A stretch of 64,000 bases of DNA from a bacterium. Lineage in GTDB: Bacteria > Hinthialibacterota > Hinthialibacteria > Hinthialibacterales > Hinthialibacteraceae. The first letter of the stretch is position 1. Each line of letters opens with the position of its first letter. The position numbers and the translations under genes were made by a program. The stretch is from the NCBI GenBank assembly GCA_963662285.2, contig CAXXMV010000006.1, positions 1,792,001 to 1,856,000 on the forward strand, in the 5' to 3' direction. Below the pieces are notes generated by a model, which was not told the origin of the DNA, made no database searches, and was given only the letters and a program-made list of their open reading frames with translations. Shown one piece after another: positions 49,130 through 57,833 of this stretch.

Positions 49130-49432
49130 TCTTTGGTGGGTCGATGAGGCGTGACCCACCCTACGCGTGGGTGGCGTCAAATTCCTCTCCCAAGATTGGG
49201 AGAGGTAAGGAGAGGGTTGATAATATCCCCTTTTGCGTCAGAAAGATCATAAATTGACGATAAACTTGTAGATAACAACCCCCTCTTTAATTCTCCCCCA
49301 GGCTTGGGGGAGAGGGGTTTTGTGAAATAACAAGGTTTATCTTTGGTGGATCGATGAGGCGTGACCCACCCTACGCGTGGGCGCCATCACATTCCTCTCC
49401 CAAGATTGGGAGAGGTTAGGAGAGGGTTGATA
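49130..49432. repeat. Composite REP cluster with ~93-bp direct repeat (49130-49222 / 49340-49432)
   Basis: Each unit = family B REP (GGTGGGTCGATGAGGCGTGACCCACCCTACG) + family C palindrome (CCTCTCCCAAGATTGGGAGAGG); inverted family C copy at ~49275-49320. Confidence 0.85.
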
Positions 49433-49529
49433 TCGGTCATCTTCTAAGATAAATAACTCTATATAGCAACCTTGGTTTCCATGATTAAGAAAACACATAT
49501 TACGTTACCTTAAGAATCGCTCTGAATTT

Positions 49530-50648
49530 ATGAAAACGATTTCGCGCTGGATTATCATTGATATGCTTAAAGCCGTTGCTGAAGGGGCGGTATTGTTTTC
49601 ATTTATCTTTCTTTTAAAGCGGTTGTACGATCTTACCGACCTTTTCGCCGCAGGCTCAGCAACTCTTATTACGACATGCCAGTTGCTTTTTTCCATCCTG
49701 CCGACCATCATGCTGCTTACCTTTCCCATGGCATCGCTTCTAGCCGCGATGATGGTATATGGGCGTATCGCCCAGGATAATGAATTAACCGCATTACAGG
49801 CGGCGGGGTATTCAACACGCCAATTATTGGTTCCAGCCTTGATAATCGGTTTGCTTATGACAGGTCTATTACTTTGGTGGGCGAATCGAATCGCACCCAA
49901 AGGGCTGAGGCTTTTTGGCGACATCGCATCAAATATCATACAGGATTCAAGCACTGTGGGATTAATGCCCGGCGCGTTCAATGCCTTGGGAAATTTCACT
50001 CTGGCGCCCAGTTCTATCGATGAATCCGGTACAATGCGTAATATACGTTTATTTGAACAAAAAGAGGGAAGGATTTCGAGTATAATTTCCGCTCCTTCTG
50101 GAACTATACTATATGCTCCCAGAGAAAATTCCATAATCTTAAATTTGGAAAAAGGGAATTTGCATAAAACATCTTCAGATAATAAAAATATGGGAATTAG
50201 ATTCAATGAGTTTCATTTCTCTGTCGGGATACCAAAACTACTAAGCGAACTGGCTCAACCGGAACGCAGGGAAAACCAATTACGAAACGCCGATTTAGTA
50301 TTTACATTAAACACTTATCCGCAAAAGCCGGATGCCGAACGGACTCGTGATTTGGATCGTTGGTACCATAGATGTCAAATCGAATTAAACCGACGGTATG
50401 CATTGCCATGCGCATGTTTGATCATGGCGCTGTTGGGCGCCTTATTGGGAATCCAATCCAATAGAGGTAAGCGGTCTTCATGTTACGCCATGACAGTCTT
50501 TATTATTTTTGTGTATTACATCCTGTTGAGCTTCGGTAAGACAGCAGCGTTATCAGGTTCATTACCAGCGTGGTTATGCCTTTGGATTCCTAATATGGTC
50601 GCAATGATTTTTGGATCATATATTTATTATCGATCCAATCGCGTCTAG
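49530..50648 (+). CDS. lptF: LPS export permease LptF
   Basis: P.A.L.A…YGR.AQDNELTALQAAG, NRRYALP.ACL, KR…YY.L. Confidence 0.85.
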   Translation: MKTISRWIIIDMLKAVAEGAVLFSFIFLLKRLYDLTDLFAAGSATLITTCQLLFSILPTIMLLTFPMASLLAAMMVYGRIAQDNELTALQAAGYSTRQLLVPALIIGLLMTGLLLWWANRIAPKGLRLFGDIASNIIQDSSTVGLMPGAFNALGNFTLAPSSIDESGTMRNIRLFEQKEGRISSIISAPSGTILYAPRENSIILNLEKGNLHKTSSDNKNMGIRFNEFHFSVGIPKLLSELAQPERRENQLRNADLVFTLNTYPQKPDAERTRDLDRWYHRCQIELNRRYALPCACLIMALLGALLGIQSNRGKRSSCYAMTVFIIFVYYILLSFGKTAALSGSLPAWLCLWIPNMVAMIFGSYIYYRSNRV

Positions 50649-50707
50649 AAGGCTATAAACAATATGCGTTCAAAATCATTAATCAAACTTATAATATCTA
50701 TTAACCA

Positions 50708-51818
50708 ATGAATCCAATATCATATAAAACCTATACCGCAGATTTTTATCTTCTTAAGACATTCTTGAATGCTTTTGCATTTGTATTTTCATTATTTTTC
50801 GCTATTGCATTTGTATTAATTCTATTCGAAGAGTTGGATGTACTTTTAAAATTCAATGCCTCGTTCGGCGTTGGATTAACCTATGTATTTCTGCGCATTC
50901 CTCATGAACTGGTTAAAGCGACGCCTATGGTGGTGGTGCTCGCCATGGTCAGCGCCATGGGAAACCTGCTTCGTCATAATGAGATGTTGATGTTATATAT
51001 CGCCGGATATACACCGGTGCGTCTTGCTGCCCCATTAGCGCTTTTTATGGTTTTGTTGTTATCAATCATATTTATTTTTAACGAAAAAATAAGCGGTCCA
51101 TTTGCAGCGCAAGCAGAGACGTTGATGGCTATTCGCATTAAGGGAGTCACTCAAGGCGTCTCACGTTCTGGTGGAATCTGGATGCATGGGCAAGAGAATA
51201 GAATCTTTCATGCCCAGACCTTTTACCCTAAGATTAACCCGATTGGATGATTTAACTATTATAGTTCAGGATAAAAACCAACTGCTAACCAAACGAATTG
51301 ACGCTGAAAGCGCTCTTTGGGATAAAGATCAGGAGAAATGGTCTTTGAAGAATGCGATGGTCTATACATTTCCAAGTGATGATAGTCCTATGCATTCTGA
51401 AAAACATGAACTACTGCTTTATTCATTGGGCCGGACTCCAAAAGATTTCAGCTCCGCCACTCAGAATATCGAACAAATGTCTCATGGAGATTTAAGCAAT
51501 ATGGTAAATTCCGTCCGGCAGGCGGGAGAGAATCCCCGAAAGTATCTGCCTGACCTTCGCATCAAAGAAGCTTTCCCATTTGCCGTATTTTTTCTAGGGC
51601 TTCTGGCTTATGCCATGATGCTCTATATGGGATCATCAGGAAAAGCATCGGGTATTGGATTGGGATTGCTTGCAGTGATACTTTATTTCATGTCGCTATC
51701 TTTAGGTAAGAGTTTTGCAGCGGAAATGATCCCACCATGGTTGGGCGCCTGGGCGCCCAACATAATATGTTTCATGTTAACCGTATATTTCTTTAATAAA
51801 TTACGCACTGAGATATAG
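50708..51818 (+). CDS. lptG: LPS export permease LptG, split by a +1 frameshift at ~51238-51240
   Basis: ORF 50708..51250 (L.RHNEM…AG) and 51171..51818 (PPWLGAWAPN) join as FYPKIN-RLDDL if one C of AACCCGA is removed. Confidence 0.8.
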
Positions 51819-51821
51819 GAA

Positions 51822-52337
51822 TCAACCACCCCAGCGCTCTTTCATAACGATCTCTTCCATCGACAGGCGATTCTTAACGGTTGGAGTATCAGCGGGATAT
51901 CCAATGGTCAATAATTCAACCACGCGGATTTCCGGTGGGATTTCAAGCAACTCTTTAACCGGGATTTCATGAAAAGCGCCGATCCAGCAGGTTCCAAGAC
52001 CTTCTTCGACTGCTTGTAAACAGATGTGTTCCATAGCAATCGCTACATCAATCGGATAGCACAATTGGCCGCAAGCCATTACGTGATTTGTGGTTTTAGC
52101 GCAGCAGGCTAAAACCACCGGCGCCTGACCGACGAATTCCTGATTCTTGGCCGCTTTCATCAATTCCTGGCGTTTATTGGCATCTTGCACTACAATAAAC
52201 CGCCATTCCTGACGATTCATCGCTGATGGCGCCAGCCGTGCAGCCTCCAGCAAACGCAGTAGTTTTTCTTCTTCAACATCACGGTCTTGATATTTTCTAA
52301 CGCTATAACGTTCTTTTATAGTTTCCATTACATTCAT
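51822..52337 (-). CDS. Nitroreductase family protein
   Basis: RYSVRKY, APSAMNRQ.W.FIVV, GLGTCWIG, IGYP. Confidence 0.93.
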   Translation of the reverse strand: MNVMETIKERYSVRKYQDRDVEEEKLLRLLEAARLAPSAMNRQEWRFIVVQDANKRQELMKAAKNQEFVGQAPVVLACCAKTTNHVMACGQLCYPIDVAIAMEHICLQAVEEGLGTCWIGAFHEIPVKELLEIPPEIRVVELLTIGYPADTPTVKNRLSMEEIVMKERWGG

Positions 52338-52393
52338 TATTGCTCTCCAAATTTTTTTGAAAAATTGACATCTCAATGTACATCATCTTATTT

Positions 52394-53764
52394 TTATTCA
52401 GCAGCAGTACTGCCAAAAATCTTATATGGCGCAGTAAAGCGATCCAGTTCTCGCAACGGTTTCCAGTTTGAATCAACCAATACCATCCGGATAGAATGCA
52501 CTTCATCATCTACCAGTTTTTGATATGTATTAATTTCATCATGAAAATCTTCAGGAGATAAAACCCATGCCATATGAGTTAGTAATGTAGGCAAAAATGG
52601 AGTCACTTCAAAGGGGCGAATCTTGCTTTTAATATGTATTATCATTAAATGATCTTTTTGATCGCCATTCTCGGTAATGGTTTTTTTTACTTCACCTTTT
52701 TGATTGTAATATTGAAAACCGATTCTACCTTCCTGTGGAACGCCAAAATTGGCGAAATTTGCGAAACCACCATTACCGGGATGGAATTGAACTTCAAGCC
52801 GCTTGTTAAATACGATGCTATCTTTAACATCCACTATGGGGCCGTCGCAAACCACTGAATTCCATCGGGTAGAATAAGTTAATGATCGTCCAGGTTGCAG
52901 AACTACTTTACCTAAAACATAAGTTGCTTGCATATATGGATTAAATGCAGAAGATTTAGAATTTTGAGTTGCCAGGTCATCAACGCCATTTATATGTAAA
53001 ATCAGGTTATCTTTAACTGGAGAAATATCTTTTTCTGGAAACTCAAATTCAACTGCGCATACTGTACCGCCATTGATCTTTTTTTTACTTATGAGGTTTT
53101 GAATGGCGAACCAGTTTTTGTTGTTGGTAAGTTTAATTACGGCGTTATTCAGCATATAACGGGTGAGGAAAAGATTGTGTTCTGGCATATACGAATACAA
53201 TGAAGAATTGGTTTCTCCCTTAATTAAATCAAATCCTTTTTTGTTTCCAGCGCTTGGTGAATAAAAATACATGGCGGTATTGGGGATATTGTTACGGATA
53301 GCGGCCTTAAAAGTAATTTCTTCAGTGGGATAAAACTCAATACTTTTTTTACTGTTGTTGGTGATGGTAGTAGTGGATTTTAAGGTTGACTCCAGGTGAT
53401 TGATCCGATAATCACGGCTGATGGATACTAAAGTTGCAGTAACTGATTTAACTTGAATAACTGTCTCTGAAGGGCTTTTTAATGCATAATCAGCAACATA
53501 AGATTCCGGCATGGCAATGGTCTTGGATGATTTCAATGGATGATTGGTATATAAAAAAAGAGAGGAGGGAAGACTCTTTGCTTTGTCTTGAATCCAGAGA
53601 ACCGGTTCCTGGTGGGCGTAAAACTGCGATACTGATAGACCATCAGGTGCGCCGATCTCAGCGTGAATCCATTTATTTGAAAATGAATGGACTTTAGGTT
53701 TATAAGTTTCTGAATTAGCAGTAGTTACAGTTAATGAAAATAATAACATCAACAAAAATGGCAT
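52394..53764 (-). CDS. Secreted hypothetical protein (beta-supersandwich-like)
   Basis: GGAGG RBS, signal peptide, LQPG.SL.Y…W motif. Confidence 0.65.
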   Translation of the reverse strand: MPFLLMLLFSLTVTTANSETYKPKVHSFSNKWIHAEIGAPDGLSVSQFYAHQEPVLWIQDKAKSLPSSLFLYTNHPLKSSKTIAMPESYVADYALKSPSETVIQVKSVTATLVSISRDYRINHLESTLKSTTTITNNSKKSIEFYPTEEITFKAAIRNNIPNTAMYFYSPSAGNKKGFDLIKGETNSSLYSYMPEHNLFLTRYMLNNAVIKLTNNKNWFAIQNLISKKKINGGTVCAVEFEFPEKDISPVKDNLILHINGVDDLATQNSKSSAFNPYMQATYVLGKVVLQPGRSLTYSTRWNSVVCDGPIVDVKDSIVFNKRLEVQFHPGNGGFANFANFGVPQEGRIGFQYYNQKGEVKKTITENGDQKDHLMIIHIKSKIRPFEVTPFLPTLLTHMAWVLSPEDFHDEINTYQKLVDDEVHSIRMVLVDSNWKPLRELDRFTAPYKIFGSTAAE

Positions 53765-53951
53765 CGTTTTCCTCCAACCAGCATATATGTTTACATAATA
53801 ACGATTTATCAGGTTAATTGTATCGTAGAACAAAGCAGTTTATTAAAAAAGTGGGAGAGACTTTGATTTTTCAAGAAATAGTGACATATTGAATCTGCCT
53901 TGAATAATTCACGTAAAAATCTCTTTATAGGAATTAAATATTCAAATAATT

Positions 53952-54551
53952 ATGATAGATATTCAAACTAGAATTACAGAAATACTCCAAAAAGAAGCGC
54001 AAGCCATTACAGCCATAGAGGTGACGCCTGATTTTGAAAAAGCGTTATATACGCTGAAAGATTGCCGGGGCAAAATTCTGACTACCGGCATCGGCAAGGC
54101 CGGGCATATTGCGCGGAAATTTGCGGCCACTTTGTGTTCCACCGCCACGCCCGCCGATTTCATCCATCCGGGTGAAGCCGCTCATGGCGACTTAGGATTG
54201 GCGTCTAAAGATGACGTCATCGTGGCATTCTCAACTAGTGGAAAATCGAACGAAGTAATCGAGATGCTTGAACTGAGCAGGCACCTGGGAGTGGATAAGG
54301 TAATTGGAATCACTTCACATCCAGATTCACCCCTGAGAGATTTGTGCGACATTGTTCTGGATATGGGAGAAATCGAAGAGCCATGTCCATTAGGATTAAC
54401 TCCCACATCAAGCGTTGTGGTAATGCTGGCCATCAGCGATGCGCTGGCATTAACTTTGATGGAACTAAAAGGAGTGACTAAAGAAGATTACGGTCTACGT
54501 CATCATGGCGGATATTTAGGAAGACAAGCCCGTATAGATAACCAGCCTTAG
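53952..54551 (+). CDS. SIS-only arabinose-5-phosphate isomerase (KdsD/KpsF/GutQ family)
   Basis: TGIGKAGHIARK.AAT, HPGEAAHGDLG, STSGKSNE, EPCPLGLTPTSS, HHGG.LG; no CBS domains. Confidence 0.88.
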   Translation: MIDIQTRITEILQKEAQAITAIEVTPDFEKALYTLKDCRGKILTTGIGKAGHIARKFAATLCSTATPADFIHPGEAAHGDLGLASKDDVIVAFSTSGKSNEVIEMLELSRHLGVDKVIGITSHPDSPLRDLCDIVLDMGEIEEPCPLGLTPTSSVVVMLAISDALALTLMELKGVTKEDYGLRHHGGYLGRQARIDNQP

Positions 54552-54719
54552 AATAAAATCCCTGGGGAATGCGAAAGAGCAATATATCTCCACCGCAGGA
54601 AAATCTATATACATGTTCGCATAAGATATATTATGTAAACTTGTATAATCTTAAAAACTCTCTGAAATGATTTAACTTGTGTAATTTTACCATTCCAGAG
54701 AGTATATTTTTTATATTAG

Positions 54720-55163
54720 TTACATTCTTCTCAGAATTTCCTCGACTTGATCTTTAAGTTGAGCAATATCTCTATCTATGCTATCCAGTTTTGAAGATGT
54801 TTCTTTCATATAGTCCATTATCATGGATATCTTTTGATCTACTGATCCAGATTTCCCCGGATTGTTTTCGGGTTCGGGATTGTCGTTATCAACATTTTCT
54901 TCATCTTCTTCACCGCCATGATATTTGTAGAAAAGTTTCTTTGCGTCTTTTTTTGTTAATCCCCATTTGTTGCGTAACATCAATAATATCTCCTGGTTAT
55001 TAAAACTTTCTGAGATGGATTCCATGAATACTACTAATTTATCCCGGATAACCAAGGCTTCTCGTTGAACTTCAGAGAGCCGATCAAGCAATCCGCTGAT
55101 AAGTTCGATGTCTTCCATTTTGAAGACTAAAGAATTGGATACAGCTAAATTATCACTCAACAT
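54720..55163 (-). CDS. Hypothetical protein (acidic linker, C-terminal coiled coil)
   Basis: 147 aa ORF with AGGGG RBS, following the TPR gene. Confidence 0.65.
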   Translation of the reverse strand: MLSDNLAVSNSLVFKMEDIELISGLLDRLSEVQREALVIRDKLVVFMESISESFNNQEILLMLRNKWGLTKKDAKKLFYKYHGGEEDEENVDNDNPEPENNPGKSGSVDQKISMIMDYMKETSSKLDSIDRDIAQLKDQVEEILRRM

Positions 55164-55198
55164 GCAACCCCTAAACTCATATTTACAAAGTATTTATA

Positions 55199-56242
55199 TT
55201 AATAAGCCAAACGTCGAAGTTTGCTTATTCGTTGTTTAGCAAAACTGGTATACGAACTGGTAGAATCCATTTCGATATACTTTTCGTATAACTCTACAGA
55301 TTCTTTATACTTACCTTGCTTTTCATTGAGAAGCGCCAAATTAAAGTATGCATCTTGATTTGGCCCTAAATCAATAGCTTTTTGATAGGCTTTAATCGCC
55401 TCTCCGGTCTTTTGCTTCTTTTCTAAAACAACTCCTAAATCGTTATAGGCGGAAATCAATCCCGGATCAAGTTCAATTGCTTTTTTAATAGCAGTCTCGG
55501 CAATGTCCAACTTATTGAGTTGAAAACTTACATAACCATAATCATACAGATTTTTCGCATTATCGGGAAGTTTTTTTAGGATTTTATCATAATTATTGAA
55601 AGCGATATCCCATTTACCTGAAGCGCTCGCTTCTTTTGCCTCTTTCAACCAATTATCGATTTCATCATCTTTTTTTTTAGCTGCTATTCCAGAATTTTCT
55701 GACGAAATTGATTGCTGAGCAGTCTTGGTCTCTTGATTCTGATTAGAGAGAATAGGACTTGCGTCAGGCGAATCGATTGCAATTGGAGTAACAATTTCTA
55801 CTTTGTCAGGCGATTGAATCGTTTTGGGACGTTGTAGAAGGCTGGTTTGGTTATCAGATGCGGCGGATTTTCCACTGAGCCTCATCTCCAATCGCTCTTT
55901 TAATAATAAAACTCGATGATATTTCGGGTTGAGTTTCATAGCTTTATCTAAAGAAGCTAAAGCTTCTTCAGTGCGTCCCGTTTCTTCTTGAATAAGCGCT
56001 AAAAAATAATAAGCACTGGGGCGTGGAGATATCTCTATTGAAGCAAGATATTCTCTTTCAGCATCTTCGAATTCATTTTTTAATAGATGCTGCTCGCCTT
56101 TATAAAAATGCTCCAATGCTAAAGTGACTTTTTCTTTCCAACCCTGGTCTTGTTGAGTCTGGCAAGCGACCAGAGAAAAAGCGCAAAGTACAAAAACGGA
56201 TGGGATTAGTTTTTTCCATGCATCTCGAGTATGCCTATTCAT
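55199..56242 (-). CDS. TPR-repeat lipoprotein
   Basis: Lipobox LVAC; multiple TPRs (AYNDLGV, AYFNLA). Confidence 0.88.
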   Translation of the reverse strand: MNRHTRDAWKKLIPSVFVLCAFSLVACQTQQDQGWKEKVTLALEHFYKGEQHLLKNEFEDAEREYLASIEISPRPSAYYFLALIQEETGRTEEALASLDKAMKLNPKYHRVLLLKERLEMRLSGKSAASDNQTSLLQRPKTIQSPDKVEIVTPIAIDSPDASPILSNQNQETKTAQQSISSENSGIAAKKKDDEIDNWLKEAKEASASGKWDIAFNNYDKILKKLPDNAKNLYDYGYVSFQLNKLDIAETAIKKAIELDPGLISAYNDLGVVLEKKQKTGEAIKAYQKAIDLGPNQDAYFNLALLNEKQGKYKESVELYEKYIEMDSTSSYTSFAKQRISKLRRLAY

Positions 56243-56586
56243 AAATTAAATCACCTTTTCAATTAGAGCGATTATCAAAATCATGTTCGATTATTATTAC
56301 GTATAGTATTAAAAAAGCCAATCATTTTTAGTTTTTTCAAATCGTGAATCAAAACCCTATTATGAAAACCACTCTAAACATAATGAATATAATCGCATTA
56401 AATCACAAAGATCACTCTTTAGCAACGATTACGTTGAGAAGCCCTTCATAAAACAAAGCATACTAATGAATAATTTATTCATTAGGTTTCGACAAACAAG
56501 TATATAAGACTTTGCAATTGGATCATTTATAGGCCATAATTAATAATATCGATATTTTATAGGATTTCAAACTGGATGGTGATTGA

Positions 56587-57243
56587 ATGTCTCCTTCTTC
56601 ACATCGAAAAGAACTCGAAGATATCCTGGAAGCAAAGATTCTTCAAGCGCAGCCCGCTGTGCAATCGAATCCTGATATCCAAAAGATGGTAACTCAACTA
56701 CGTTCATTATATCAAGATAATCAAGAAGATTTTATGTTTGCATTAGGGGCTGGTCCACCGCCAGCGCAGGCTAAGCAGAAACCTCAAAATGTTGTACAAG
56801 CCAAAGTTCCCCAATCGCGCATTCCTGAACTTTTATTCTTGTTAAATGCTGTAACTTCTGGAGAAAGCGTATCTCTGCCTCCTTCATTTAAAAACCAACC
56901 GGGAGGAATGCCCTCCCCTTTAGTAAATTCAACTCTGCAAATTGAGAAATTGCCAGGTGGAAATACGGCTAATCGGCGGAATAGACCGGTTTCTCCAGCG
57001 CGCCGTCAATCAAGGATGAAGGAACTTGAAGAGATCGAAACGATTGATGCGGCAATTCAGGAAGCCGAAGACATATTAATTATGATTAAAAAAGATGAAG
57101 AAGCGATTAAACAAAAAACTGGTAAATACGCCATAGCAGTCGAGCGATTGAAAGCGGAGCGTATCCTCAGAGAAATTCCCGGCAGTATCGAGCGATTAAT
57201 TTATCAAAAACGTTTGCTGGAAGAGCAAATTAAAGAATCCTAA
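56587..57243 (+). CDS. Hypothetical protein (P/Q-rich linker, C-terminal coiled coil)
   Basis: 218 aa ORF upstream of dtd. Confidence 0.7.
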   Translation: MSPSSHRKELEDILEAKILQAQPAVQSNPDIQKMVTQLRSLYQDNQEDFMFALGAGPPPAQAKQKPQNVVQAKVPQSRIPELLFLLNAVTSGESVSLPPSFKNQPGGMPSPLVNSTLQIEKLPGGNTANRRNRPVSPARRQSRMKELEEIETIDAAIQEAEDILIMIKKDEEAIKQKTGKYAIAVERLKAERILREIPGSIERLIYQKRLLEEQIKES

Positions 57244-57276
57244 CACTTTTTATATATCTTATTTTCTGGAGAAGCA

Positions 57277-57720
57277 ATGAAAGCAGTTATTCAACGGGTC
57301 TCCCGCGCCTCAGTACGGGTTGATGGGGAGACAATTGGCAAGATCAATCGTGGTTATACTGTGTTACTGGGCATTGCCCAGGGTGATCAGGATAAAGACC
57401 TGGAATGGATAGTAGATAAAATTTGCAACCTTCGCGTCTTCCCGAACAATATTGGAAAATTCGATAAATCCCTACTGGATATTAATGGAGAAGTCTTGTT
57501 GGTTTCTCAATTCACCTTATTTGGCGACTGCCGTAAAGGAAGACGTCCTGGATTTGATTCCGCCGCTCCTCCTGAAATTGCAATTCCCTTCTATGAAAAA
57601 TCAATCTCATTATTTAAAGCAAAAGGCGTTAAAACCGAATGCGGCAAGTTCGCTGCTATGATGGAAGTGGAACTGATTAATGATGGTCCCGTAACTTTGA
57701 TACTTGATTCTAATGAATGA
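57277..57720 (+). CDS. dtd: D-aminoacyl-tRNA deacylase
   Basis: MKAVIQRV, SQFTL, KGRRP, NDGPVT. Confidence 0.97.
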   Translation: MKAVIQRVSRASVRVDGETIGKINRGYTVLLGIAQGDQDKDLEWIVDKICNLRVFPNNIGKFDKSLLDINGEVLLVSQFTLFGDCRKGRRPGFDSAAPPEIAIPFYEKSISLFKAKGVKTECGKFAAMMEVELINDGPVTLILDSNE

Positions 57721-57777
57721 CATTGTGCTAGTTTCGTCTTTCATCCACTTGTTTTTACCCATACCATTGGATGCACT

Positions 57778-57809
57778 AAAAAAGCCCGGAGCAACCGCTC
57801 CGGGCTTTT
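57778..57809. terminator. Bidirectional terminator
   Basis: AAAAAAGCCCGGAGC-AACC-GCTCCGGGCTTTT between convergent genes. Confidence 0.9.
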
Positions 57810-57833
57810 GAATTACTATAAGGTTGAAAACTG

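Noticed and set aside
53952-54551. CBS-less arabinose-5-phosphate isomerase (likewise LID-less adk and solo trpB2) as novelties
   Set aside because: All are known subfamilies.
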